NCBI RefSeq assembly: GCF_002387895.1
Contig: NZ_DGLI01000002.1
Coordinates: 21,345 to 85,344, forward strand
Direction: 5' to 3'
Origin: Clostridium sp. UBA4548
GTDB lineage: Bacteria; Bacillota; Clostridia; Clostridiales; Clostridiaceae
DNA: 64,000 bases
In this document: piece by piece, positions 54,355 through 63,478 of the stretch
Numbering within the stretch: position 1 is the first letter of the stretch
Layout of the letters: every line of letters begins with the position of its first letter
Notes under the pieces: generated by a model
Seen by the model: only the letters and a program-made list of their open reading frames with translations
The model's database searches: none
Told to the model about the DNA's origin: nothing
Program-made: the position numbers and the translations under genes

Positions 54355-55077
54355 TTATAAAACCTTAGATAAGAAATCTATAGTTCTAGGATGTTTAGGA
54401 CTTGTAAATATGTCTTCAGGAGTTCCCTGCTCTACTATATTTCCAGCGTCCATAAATAAGATTCTATCTCCCACTTCTCTTGCAAAACCCATTTCGTGAG
54501 TTACAACCACCATGGTCATTCCTTCCTTGGCAAGATCCTTCATTACAGTTAAAACCTCACCTACCATTTCTGGGTCTAAAGCTGAAGTTGGTTCATCAAA
54601 AAGCATTACATCAGGCTCCATAGCTAAAGCTCTAGCAATAGCTATTCTTTGTTTTTGCCCACCTGATAAGGAACCTGGATAGGCATTAGCTTTCTCCTTA
54701 AGTCCAACTTTTTCTAAAAGTTTAAAGGCTTTTTCCTTTGCTTCCTCTTCCTTAACTCCCTTTACCTTAATTGGCGCTAGTGTAATGTTTTCTAGCACTG
54801 TCTTATGAGGGAATAAATTAAACTGTTGAAATACCATACCCATTTTTTCTCTAATGTTATTAATGTCTGTTTTCTTGTCTGTAGTTTCCTTGCCTTCAAA
54901 AACTATAGTTCCGGAGGAAGGCTCCTCAAGAAGATTTAAACATCTTAAAAAAGTACTTTTCCCTGAACCACTAGGTCCTATAACTACAACAACTTCACCC
55001 TTTGAAATATGCTCATTAACTCCCTTAAGTACATGATTCTGTCCAAAGGTTTTATTTAAGTCCTTAATGTGTATCAT
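54355..55077 (-). CDS. Polar amino acid ABC transporter ATPase
   Basis: [16 protein letters not shown] and DEPTSALD motifs. Confidence 0.95.
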   Translation of the reverse strand: MIHIKDLNKTFGQNHVLKGVNEHISKGEVVVVIGPSGSGKSTFLRCLNLLEEPSSGTIVFEGKETTDKKTDINNIREKMGMVFQQFNLFPHKTVLENITLAPIKVKGVKEEEAKEKAFKLLEKVGLKEKANAYPGSLSGGQKQRIAIARALAMEPDVMLFDEPTSALDPEMVGEVLTVMKDLAKEGMTMVVVTHEMGFAREVGDRILFMDAGNIVEQGTPEDIFTSPKHPRTIDFLSKVL

Positions 55078-55720
55078 TAGCCTTCAATCTCCTTTCTAAG
55101 CTTCCTAATATTTTTGATAAAGTAAAGGTCAATAGGAAATAGATCACTGCTGCCACAATAAGTGGTTCAAATGGAAGTGCTGTGTTTCCTCTCACAGTAT
55201 CAGCTTTATACATAAGCTCTCCAATTCCAATTACAGAAACAATAGAAGATTCCTTTATTATAGTAATAAATTCATTGCCTAAAGCCGGTAAAATGTTCTT
55301 AAAGGCCTGAGGAATAATAATTAATCTCATGGTCATGGCTGAAGTCATACCTAAGCTTCTCCCTGCTTCCATTTGTCCCTTGTCTACAGCATTAATACCA
55401 GCTCTAATTATTTCCGCCACATAAGCTCCACTATTAATGGATAAAGTAACAATCCCTGCCAGCATATCTGGAAGATCAATTCCTAAAGCAGGCATTCCAT
55501 AATAAACAATGTATAATTGCACGAGTATAGGTGTACCTCTTACAAACTCTATATAGGTACTAGCTATAAGCTTTAATATTTTATTTTTACTAAGCTTCAT
55601 AAGACTTAAAAATAATCCTAAAACTGTTCCTAAAATAACTGTAAAAAACGCTATAAGTACTGTATATTGAGTTCCTTCAAGAAAGAACTTATAATATTTT
55701 CCTAAAAAACTAAAATCCAA
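55064..55720 (-). CDS. Polar amino acid ABC transporter permease
   Basis: [14 protein letters not shown] and [10 protein letters not shown] (EAA loop). Confidence 0.93.
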   Translation of the reverse strand: MDFSFLGKYYKFFLEGTQYTVLIAFFTVILGTVLGLFLSLMKLSKNKILKLIASTYIEFVRGTPILVQLYIVYYGMPALGIDLPDMLAGIVTLSINSGAYVAEIIRAGINAVDKGQMEAGRSLGMTSAMTMRLIIIPQAFKNILPALGNEFITIIKESSIVSVIGIGELMYKADTVRGNTALPFEPLIVAAVIYFLLTFTLSKILGSLERRLKANDTH

Positions 55721-55829
55721 GATCTCATCTCCCTTACTAAACTCACCCACCGGAAGGTAACCAGTGGGTAGAGTATTTTATTTAACTTAAACCATATTTG
55801 TTTGAATTTTTATAATATTCTATTATCGT

Positions 55830-56681
55830 CTATTCCACTTGCTCATTAGCATCAACAACGAATTCTTCAATTTTTCCTTCTTTAATTAGTCTATCTAAAG
55901 TCTTATTAATTGCTTCAATAAAGGCCTCATCACCTTTTTTAACAGCTACTGCAGAACCTTGCTCGCCTTCTTCAACTTTAAAAGTACTTTCAGTTATAGC
56001 TAAATCCTTGTTTTTTTCCACATAAAACTTTGCAACTGGTACTTCAACTACTATAGCATCTACTTTTTTATTTTTAAGCTCTAAAACCAAATCTGTAACC
56101 TTTCCAAGACCTTTTACATTTGCTCCCTCAATTTGAGTTTTAGCAAGTTCCTCTTGGATTGCTCCTTTTTGTGCCCCAATTTCTTTTCCTTTTAAATCAG
56201 CTAAAGTTCTATACTTATCTTTATCTTCTGCTCTTACAATTACAGCATGCTGAGCTGTATAATAAATTTTTGAAAAATCTACACTTTGCTTTCTTTCTTC
56301 TGTAGGATTCATTCCTGCAAGGACCATATCAACTTTTCCAGTTTTAAGAGCTGCTATAAGTCCATCAAATTTCATATCATTTATTTCTAACTCAACACCT
56401 AAATCTTTGGCTATTTCCTGAGCAATATTTACATCAAAACCTATGATTGTATCTTTTCCTTCTATTTCTTTGTGAAACTCATAAGGTGGATAATCTGCAC
56501 TTGTTCCAATAACTAATTTTTTTGCTTCTTTCACTTTATCTAAAGTTGTTGCTATAACTTGTTTATTTGAAGTTTCTTTACTAGTATCTTCGCCTCTACT
56601 CTTACCACAACCTACAAAGGATAAACCTATAACTCCTGCTAAAACACCAACTGCTAATTTTTTAAATAAATTTTTTTTCAT
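55830..56681 (-). CDS. Polar amino acid (probably arginine) ABC transporter binding lipoprotein
   Basis: Lipobox FVGC, GTSADYPPYEF and TEERKQSVDFS; ARG boxes upstream. Confidence 0.9.
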   Translation of the reverse strand: MKKNLFKKLAVGVLAGVIGLSFVGCGKSRGEDTSKETSNKQVIATTLDKVKEAKKLVIGTSADYPPYEFHKEIEGKDTIIGFDVNIAQEIAKDLGVELEINDMKFDGLIAALKTGKVDMVLAGMNPTEERKQSVDFSKIYYTAQHAVIVRAEDKDKYRTLADLKGKEIGAQKGAIQEELAKTQIEGANVKGLGKVTDLVLELKNKKVDAIVVEVPVAKFYVEKNKDLAITESTFKVEEGEQGSAVAVKKGDEAFIEAINKTLDRLIKEGKIEEFVVDANEQVE

Positions 56682-56715
56682 TTTCTTGACCTCCTGTAAG
56701 TTTTTGTTTTCCATG

Positions 56716-56750
56716 TGTATAATTATACATCCGTCACTTATAATTATGCA
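56716..56750 (-). promoter_or_regulatory. Tandem ArgR/AhrC (ARG) boxes
   Basis: TGTATAATTATACA (56716-56729) and CTTATAATTATGCA (56737-56750), 21-bp period. Confidence 0.65.
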
Positions 56751-57173
56751 AGTATTTTTTATAGAATTTATTTTATTATTTTTAGAAACACTTTAAAACT
56801 TAGTAGGACAGCCATTTTAACCATTTTGAAAACGTTTATATATTTCTTCAATCTTTATAACTATGCATAATATACAGAATTTGTGCATAAATCTGAATAT
56901 TGAAACTCAATTATAAGGGTAAAACTCCACCTATTATAGAAAAATTCACTCCAATATGTAATTGTATAATACAGCATGTTGTTTATCTAAAAGCTATAAA
57001 TATCCTCAGTAGCAAAATACCCATAATAAATAAAATAAAAACTAGCCTTGTTCCTTGACCTTCTTCATAAAAGTCACTGGAATAGACTAGTTTTAAAATG
57101 GGTTATCAATATACTTTCACTTACTTCTATTTACTATATATTTTTATTTACTCCAATTTGCTGTTAAAATCAG

Positions 57174-58616
57174 CTACATATTCTTTCTTATCTCATTATA
57201 AACTTCTTCAAGGGTTACCTTATTCTTCTTAGCAAGTTCCTTACAGCAATCATACTCACCCTTAAACTTTATAACCTGACCATTAAGGATTCCTCTCTTC
57301 ACCGTAGCTTCACCATACTTGGTGCTAACTTTTATGAAATCTCTCTTTAGCATCACCTTTTGCACTTCATATTTTCTTATTCCAAAGGTGGTGGTTTCAC
57401 GAAGTAAAACTTCTTCTACTTCTCCTTGAAGCTTATGAGGTGTAAGCACCGTAAGCTTTTGAGCTGGTCTTCCCTTTTTCATGATTATTGGAGTTAGGTA
57501 AACATCCTTAGCACCTAGTCTAAACAGTTTTTCAAAGATGTAATCATAAAATTCACTGTTCATATCATCAATATTACACTCAGTTATGATTTCTCTTTCT
57601 TCTTCATAATCTGAAGAACTTGAAGTTTCTTCATAATGTCCAAGGTAAACTCTAAGCACATTAGGTATTTCTGTATCTCGATTTCCAACCCCGTAGGCTA
57701 CCTTATCTATGATAAAATCTATATCCTTTACAAACTTATCTACAACTACCTTTAAAATTGCCGCTCCTGTAGGAGTCGTAGTTTCAAAAGGTACAGCTCC
57801 CTTTGTCACTGGCACTCCCTTTAAAATTTCTGAAGTTGCTGGAGCTGGAACTGGCATAAGTCCGTGGGCACACTTTACAAAGCCACCTCCAACCTCTATT
57901 GGAGAACCTAAAATTCTATCAACCTTTAGATAATCAAGACAAATAGCACCTCCAACAATATCGACTATTGAATCTGTAGCTCCTACCTCATGGAAATGTA
58001 CTTCATAAATTGGTTTCCCATGAACCTTTGCTTCAGCTTCTGCCACCTGTTTAAAAATATCTATACTTAGCCTTTTTACATTTTCCTTTAGCTCACTTTT
58101 ATTAATAAGCTCTTCAATGACATATAGGTTTCTGTGTTCATGATGATGAGAATGGCTTCCTTCATTGCTATGACTGTGATCATGTGTATGCGTCTCACCT
58201 TCATGGATATGTTCATAGTCATGGTTATGCTTATTCAGGTGGTGATTATGTTCTCCATGACAGTGGTTCTTCTCATCCTTGTGACTCTCCTTATTCTTCT
58301 CATGAATATGATCATTACTATGATGCTGATGTAAATGTGCAACTTCCTTATGATTATATTCCTCATGAGATGCATCTTGATTTCCATGACTATGATGTTC
58401 ATGGTCTTGTGATTGATTAAGGAGAATAACATCAACCTTAGTTCCTGTTATTCCTTTTCTTGCATCCTTTTTAATTTTTATTTCATATTCATGACTTAGA
58501 CCAAGCTTCTTAAGTTCTTCAATTAAATAATTGCTATCCACCCCTAAATCAATCATAGCCCCTAGATGCATATCTCCACTAATCCCCGAAAAAGTATCGT
58601 AATATAAAACCTTCAT
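57174..58616 (-). CDS. larC: Nickel-pincer cofactor biosynthesis protein LarC (single ORF with His-rich linker)
   Basis: SGISGDM, HFHEVGATDSIVDI, PVPAPAT, TPTGAA, ECNIDD, MKKGRP and ETTTFGIR motifs. Confidence 0.93.
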   Translation of the reverse strand: MKVLYYDTFSGISGDMHLGAMIDLGVDSNYLIEELKKLGLSHEYEIKIKKDARKGITGTKVDVILLNQSQDHEHHSHGNQDASHEEYNHKEVAHLHQHHSNDHIHEKNKESHKDEKNHCHGEHNHHLNKHNHDYEHIHEGETHTHDHSHSNEGSHSHHHEHRNLYVIEELINKSELKENVKRLSIDIFKQVAEAEAKVHGKPIYEVHFHEVGATDSIVDIVGGAICLDYLKVDRILGSPIEVGGGFVKCAHGLMPVPAPATSEILKGVPVTKGAVPFETTTPTGAAILKVVVDKFVKDIDFIIDKVAYGVGNRDTEIPNVLRVYLGHYEETSSSSDYEEEREIITECNIDDMNSEFYDYIFEKLFRLGAKDVYLTPIIMKKGRPAQKLTVLTPHKLQGEVEEVLLRETTTFGIRKYEVQKVMLKRDFIKVSTKYGEATVKRGILNGQVIKFKGEYDCCKELAKKNKVTLEEVYNEIRKNM

Positions 58617-58636
58617 TGTACTTCCTACCTTTCACC

Positions 58637-59338
58637 CTATAAGTTCCTCATTTTTATTAATGCTTCTAATATTGCTAAATCCTCTTTAGTAGTTATCTTT
58701 AAATTTAGTTTATCCCCTTGCACTAAATATACCTGCCCACTTAAACGAAATACTAACTGACAATCATCAGTAGCATCCTCCACATTATTCTTCACTGCAA
58801 AGTCATGAGCCTGTGAAATAACCTGAAACTTAAAACTTTGAGGTGTTTGTGCCATAAAAAGTTCTTTTCTCACTGGTACTTCTGTAATTACATTTCCATC
58901 CTTACTTCGCACAATAGTATCTGTAGCAGCAATCACTGTGTTTACTGCACCAAACTCCTTTGCCTTAGCTATGTTATCTGTAATAATTCTATGAGATACT
59001 AAAGGCCTAGCCCCATCATGTATAAGCACAATATCTTCGCCCTGTACCTCGCTACTTATTGCCTTTAACCCATTACGAACGGATTCCTGCCTTGTAGGGC
59101 CTCCTTCTGCTATCCACATAACTTTTTTCAGCTCATACTTTTCTATTAATTTCTTAATATTATCCTTCCATTCCTTTAAGCAAACAACTGCTATAGCCTG
59201 GATATCCTCATGGGTTTCAAAGCTTTCTAAAGTATGTATAATTATAGGTTTATCATTAACTTCTGTAAATTGCTTAGGCTCACTTGTAGCCCCCATTCTT
59301 GTTCCTTTTCCACCTGCTAAAACAATAGCTATATTCAT
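58637..59338 (-). CDS. IspD/TarI-family cytidylyltransferase
   Basis: LAGGKGTRMG...PKQF, RQESV, IHDGARP, QTPQ, TDD and KITT motifs. Confidence 0.88.
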   Translation of the reverse strand: MNIAIVLAGGKGTRMGATSEPKQFTEVNDKPIIIHTLESFETHEDIQAIAVVCLKEWKDNIKKLIEKYELKKVMWIAEGGPTRQESVRNGLKAISSEVQGEDIVLIHDGARPLVSHRIITDNIAKAKEFGAVNTVIAATDTIVRSKDGNVITEVPVRKELFMAQTPQSFKFQVISQAHDFAVKNNVEDATDDCQLVFRLSGQVYLVQGDKLNLKITTKEDLAILEALIKMRNL

Positions 59339-59450
59339 GTTAGTCCTCCAATTATTGTTTGTTTTAATACTATTTCTGCAACTTTAGTTATAATTCCTTC
59401 TATTTTAATATAGTCTTTCTAATATTTACTTTTTTTTATTCATATGGAAA

Positions 59451-59475
59451 AGAGCCATACACACCGTATGGCTCT
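59451..59475 (-). terminator. Terminator after the manC 3' half
   Basis: AGAGCCATAC/GTATGGCTCT stem followed by a T-run on the minus strand. Confidence 0.75.
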
Positions 59476-59489
59476 AAAAACTATAAGTT

Positions 59490-59960
59490 TTACAAAAACT
59501 CCTCTAACCCCTTCTGGTCCTTCAATACATTAAGAAGGTGTTTAATTTCTTGGTCTTTTGACTTATCCATCACAAGAATAACATCCCCAGCGTCAACAAC
59601 AACCAAATCTTTTACTCCAAATCCAATAATAAGCTTTTTATCACCAAATACAGAACAATTTTCACTTCCTTCTAGATACACATTACCGGAAATGTCATTT
59701 CCCCTGTAATTTGATAAAAATCTTGAAAGTGCAGCAAAAGTTCCTATATCATCCCATGTAAATTCACATTTTATCACATAGGCTTTTCTGGTTTTCTGCA
59801 TAATACCGAAATCAACAGATATGCCATCGATTATTTCATACTGTTCCTTGATAACTTCATTTTCACATTCTTCACCAATGTGCATATAAATCTCACTAAT
59901 AGATTTATGCATCTTTGGTAAATATCTTTGCATTTCTCTTAAGAACACATCTGCTCTCCA
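59490..59960 (-). CDS. manC: 3' half of the split mannose-1-phosphate guanylyltransferase gene
   Basis: WRADVFL...ISVDFGIMQK...FTWDDIGTF...GVKDLVVVD is the ManC C-terminal region; homology begins at the 13-bp repeat. Confidence 0.9.
   Translation of the reverse strand, partial: WRADVFLREMQRYLPKMHKSISEIYMHIGEECENEVIKEQYEIIDGISVDFGIMQKTRKAYVIKCEFTWDDIGTFAALSRFLSNYRGNDISGNVYLEGSENCSVFGDKKLIIGFGVKDLVVVDAGDVILVMDKSKDQEIKHLLNVLKDQKGLEEFL
59948..59960 (+). repeat. att core, recombinase-proximal junction
   Basis: CATCTGCTCTCCA, identical to 63466-63478; encodes WRAD on the minus strand. Confidence 0.92.
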
Positions 59961-60055
59961 AACCAAAATACTATCCACCTTCATAATATAAAATCCACTA
60001 CTTATTACTTGCAAAGTTGAATATATATAAATAAACCAATTATTCTGGAGGATTT

Positions 60056-60235
60056 ATGCCTAATCAATACACTAAAATCCAACTCCAGTTAGAAATTGAG
60101 AAACCAAAGGATATAGAACCTTTACAAAAGGAATTTACTAAGGCATACTTTTCAATGATTAAGAATTGCCTACCTAAAAACAAGGCCATTATTGATGAAC
60201 TAATAAATAAAATTTATAAAGAGTTTGGAGATTAG
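60056..60235 (+). CDS. 59-aa protein, candidate recombination directionality factor
   Basis: Hand translation MPNQYTKIQLQLEIEKPKDIEPLQKEFTKAYFSMIKNCLPKNKAIIDELINKIYKEFGD; RBS GGAGG at 60047-60051; ends 13 bp before the recombinase ATG; shorter than any ORF in the supplied track. Confidence 0.7.
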   Translation: MPNQYTKIQLQLEIEKPKDIEPLQKEFTKAYFSMIKNCLPKNKAIIDELINKIYKEFGD

Positions 60236-60248
60236 AAAGAGGGATTTT

Positions 60249-61862
60249 ATGAAGGCAGCTATTTATGCAAGAAAGTCTAAACTCACTGAAAAAGGAGATT
60301 CCATTGAAAATCAAATAAAACTTTGCAAAGATTATCTTTCCCATATGCCTATAGAAGAAATTTTTATTTATAAAGATGAAGGTTTTTCTGGCAAAAATAC
60401 AGATAGACCTGGATTCACCCAAATGATAGAAGATGCAAAAAAACAAAAATTTAATATACTTGTATGCTATAAGCTAGACAGAATTAGCAGAAATGTAGCA
60501 GACTTTTCTGCTCTAACTAAAGATCTTGAAACCCTTGGCATATCATTCATTTCAGTTAATGAACAATTCGACACCTCCTCTGCCATGGGTCGGGCCATGA
60601 TGTATATCGCTAGTGTGTTTTCTCAATTAGAAAGAGAAACCATTTCATCCAGGGTAAGAGATAATATGTATGCTTTAGCTGAAGCAGGCAAATGGCTTGG
60701 AGGCACTCCCCCTACTGGCTACAAAACTGAAAGACTAAAGCTAAAGGATACCACTGGCAAGGATAGATCCTTCTGTATTTTAGTCCCAATACCAGAGGAA
60801 TTGGAGTTAGTAAAACTTATATATGAGAAATACTTGGAAGTTAAGAGTATGAGTAAGGTGGAAAAGTATCTGATATGCAATGATATTAAAACAAAAAATA
60901 ATAAAAATTGGTCACTGGCTTCCATAAACTCAGTTCTTACAGCTCCTGTTTATGTAAAAGCTGATAGCAAGGTTATACAATACCTAAAATCTATAGGAAT
61001 AAAGGTCAACGGTAAGCCTAATGGTAATCATGGTATATTAACCTATAAAAAACGCAAAGGAAAAAGTGGATCTAATAGAGTGAAAGATACCTGCCAATGG
61101 ATAGCCTCTGTATCCTTTCATGAAGGTATAATACCAGCTGATAAGTGGATAAAGGTTCAAGAAATTATAACTTTGAATAAAGATAAAGCTCCAGCATTGG
61201 GTTCAAGTGGAGAAGCCCTTCTCAGCGGGATTATTAAGTGTAGTAATTGTGGTAGTCCAATGAGAGTAGCCTATGGTAAGCAATATGCTACTAGTGGAAG
61301 AAAAAAATACTATTACATGTGTACTTTAAAATGTAAATCAAGGAAAATCAAATGTGCAAACAGTAACATTAACGGTACAGATTTAGATGCATTAATCCTT
61401 GAAGAATTAAAAAAATTAACCTTAGATAAAAGTACTCTAATAGAGGAATTAAAAAAGTATAAACACGAACTAGAAACTGCTACAGAAAATCTAGTGGTAA
61501 AAAAGCTTAACATTTCAATTAGTAAAAATGAAGAAATGGTAGATAACTTATTGAATAACTTAAGCTTAACAAAAGATATAGAAACAGCAACTATACTTTT
61601 GAATAAAATTAGCCACTTGAAAACCGAAAATAAAGCTCTAAGAAATAAAATTAATAAGCTTGAATCTCAAAGCATACCTGAAAAAAATTCCCTAAATAAT
61701 TTAGAAGAAATAGAAAATACTTTTATAGATTTATTTATATTCTCCTCTTCTGCCTCTGTTTCCGAAAAAAGAAAACTACTATCCTCTATAATCCATACAG
61801 TCTATGCAAATGGGGACACAGGCAAAATCTTAATAAAATTTAAAGGAGTAGAACCAGAATAA
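60249..61862 (+). CDS. Large serine recombinase (SpoIVCA/CisA-like integrase)
   Basis: IYARKS catalytic Ser, DEGFSG, KLDRISR, recombinase domain, CSNCG zinc ribbon and coiled coil; ATG after RBS AGAGGGA. Confidence 0.95.
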   Translation: MKAAIYARKSKLTEKGDSIENQIKLCKDYLSHMPIEEIFIYKDEGFSGKNTDRPGFTQMIEDAKKQKFNILVCYKLDRISRNVADFSALTKDLETLGISFISVNEQFDTSSAMGRAMMYIASVFSQLERETISSRVRDNMYALAEAGKWLGGTPPTGYKTERLKLKDTTGKDRSFCILVPIPEELELVKLIYEKYLEVKSMSKVEKYLICNDIKTKNNKNWSLASINSVLTAPVYVKADSKVIQYLKSIGIKVNGKPNGNHGILTYKKRKGKSGSNRVKDTCQWIASVSFHEGIIPADKWIKVQEIITLNKDKAPALGSSGEALLSGIIKCSNCGSPMRVAYGKQYATSGRKKYYYMCTLKCKSRKIKCANSNINGTDLDALILEELKKLTLDKSTLIEELKKYKHELETATENLVVKKLNISISKNEEMVDNLLNNLSLTKDIETATILLNKISHLKTENKALRNKINKLESQSIPEKNSLNNLEEIENTFIDLFIFSSSASVSEKRKLLSSIIHTVYANGDTGKILIKFKGVEPE

Positions 61863-61878
61863 GGCTCTACTCCCTTTA
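61842..61878. terminator. Bidirectional terminator inside the element
   Basis: GGAGTAGA/TCTACTCC stem between the convergent recombinase and ligase-like genes. Confidence 0.7.
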
Positions 61879-61898
61879 TAAATCTTCTTATTTATCAG

Positions 61899-63203
61899 TT
61901 ATTCTCTAATAGCAAATTCCTTAGGCTCTGGCAATGTAAGCATTACCCAGAAAAGGAAGGATAAAATTTGAACTTCAAATATATTGTAAAACATACCTAA
62001 AAATCCTAATATTAAACATGCTAATACTTTTAATTTGTTTTGTCTATGATTGATAATTATGGAAAACAAAAATAAAATATAAACTAAAGTACCTACGATC
62101 CCAGTTTCAACTAGCACTTTAATATACTCATTATCTGCATAAAAACCTTCTATGATTCCATATTTTCCATACTGCTCAGGGGTAATAATTAAACTTGCTG
62201 CATCTCCATAAGTTCCGAATCCTGTACCTAATATTGGATTTTCTTTAAATATTGCTATTCCCTTTGTCACTGAAAATATCCTACCATCAGTTTTGCTCTT
62301 TGAAATTATTTCTGGAGTTGATAGTTCAGTAAATCTATTTACTGCAGAGCTTTTCGTCTTAGTATTTACTTGTGTATTAATCTTTTTGTTTATATTTGCA
62401 GCAAACTTAGGATAGTGTACACTGAGTGTATTTACTATAAATACAACAGCTATGGCCATTACAATACTTATAGCAAAGTTTCTTGCCACAAGCTTTTTGT
62501 CAACAATAAATACACATATTAAAACAAAACCCCCTAGGGCTATCATACTGCTCCTAGATGCGGTTAATGCAATAGTAGCAAGAGTCATCACGTAGAAAGC
62601 TTTATTTACTTTTAAGGACAAGACCCCCTGCAGGTAAAAAATTATCATAATTGAAAATAGCAAATATGCTCCAAAGGTGTTTGGATTGTTGAACATTCCA
62701 TAAACTCTAAGGTAATTGTCTGCATAAATAATTGATTTAATCCAAGCTGATGGGAATAACAGAGTCTTACTTGTAATCTTTTCTATAAAAGATAGAGAAG
62801 AAAGTATAATAGCATTATAAATAATCACTTTTGAAAAAATCCTGTAAAATTTATTATCTAATCTAGTATGCCTAAGCATGAAGTAAACTATATAGTAAAT
62901 AAATATACTTCTTGTCTCTATTATATAAGACTTTATTCCTACATTATTTATAAATATTGTACTTATAAATGCTAATATTAAAAATCCTGCATAGAAAATA
63001 TCAGTTAAGTTCAGCTTTATTCTAAATCTACTTTTAACCATGTATAAAGCAAAAGTAATCAAAATCATAATATCTGGTATTACTTTTACCTTTGGGCTTG
63101 TAAAAGTAGAAATTACTTCTCTGTAAGGAATAAATACCACCAAAAAAACTAATAAAAAGCTAAGTAATTTTTCATATATTAAAGATATATTCTTAAGACT
63201 CAC
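61899..63203 (-). CDS. O-antigen ligase/Wzy-like polytopic membrane protein (element cargo)
   Basis: RVYGMFNNPN, TASRSS, NPILGTGFG and ADNEYIKVLVETGIVG motifs; many TM helices; GTG start after AAGGAG. Confidence 0.85.
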   Translation of the reverse strand: MSLKNISLIYEKLLSFLLVFLVVFIPYREVISTFTSPKVKVIPDIMILITFALYMVKSRFRIKLNLTDIFYAGFLILAFISTIFINNVGIKSYIIETRSIFIYYIVYFMLRHTRLDNKFYRIFSKVIIYNAIILSSLSFIEKITSKTLLFPSAWIKSIIYADNYLRVYGMFNNPNTFGAYLLFSIMIIFYLQGVLSLKVNKAFYVMTLATIALTASRSSMIALGGFVLICVFIVDKKLVARNFAISIVMAIAVVFIVNTLSVHYPKFAANINKKINTQVNTKTKSSAVNRFTELSTPEIISKSKTDGRIFSVTKGIAIFKENPILGTGFGTYGDAASLIITPEQYGKYGIIEGFYADNEYIKVLVETGIVGTLVYILFLFSIIINHRQNKLKVLACLILGFLGMFYNIFEVQILSFLFWVMLTLPEPKEFAIRE

Positions 63204-63465
63204 AAAAACAACTCCTTATCTCTAACTAATTTATGACCTTTTCAAATTGTTGTAAGTTATGTACATTTTATACTATAATTAATCCTAATTCTATACCCAT
63301 TATTTAAGTATACCTCTAAATTACTTACTTATCCAGTAAGTTTTTGGCAAAAACCCTATGAATTTATAAACATATCGGGATATATCTACTAATTTATCAC
63401 TACCATCTTGGCACCAATTAGATTAAAATATAAATTATTTTTAGATAGCATTTTTATAAGGAGTC

Positions 63466-63478
63466 CATCTGCTCTCCA
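63466..63478 (+). repeat. att core, cargo-proximal junction
   Basis: CATCTGCTCTCCA, identical to 59948-59960. Confidence 0.92.

Larger units (their letters stand above)
59948..63478. mobile_element. Serine-recombinase integrative element interrupting manC (excisable unit 3,518 bp)
   Basis: Flanked by the direct repeat CATCTGCTCTCCA; encodes a large serine recombinase; in-silico excision fuses the two manC halves in frame. Confidence 0.92.

Noticed and set aside
58134..58435. Met/Ile-rich and His/Tyr-rich short ORFs overlapping larC
   Set aside because: They are alternative-frame shadows of the His-codon-rich larC linker.
59961..60014. N-terminal extension MQVISSGFYIMKVDSILV of ORF 59490-60014 as a real gene start
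   Set aside because: It lies inside the element beyond the att core and has no convincing RBS; ManC homology starts at WRAD.
59948..63478. Prophage, ICE or invertible segment
   Set aside because: No structural, replication or transfer genes are present, and the core repeats are direct rather than inverted, implying excision.
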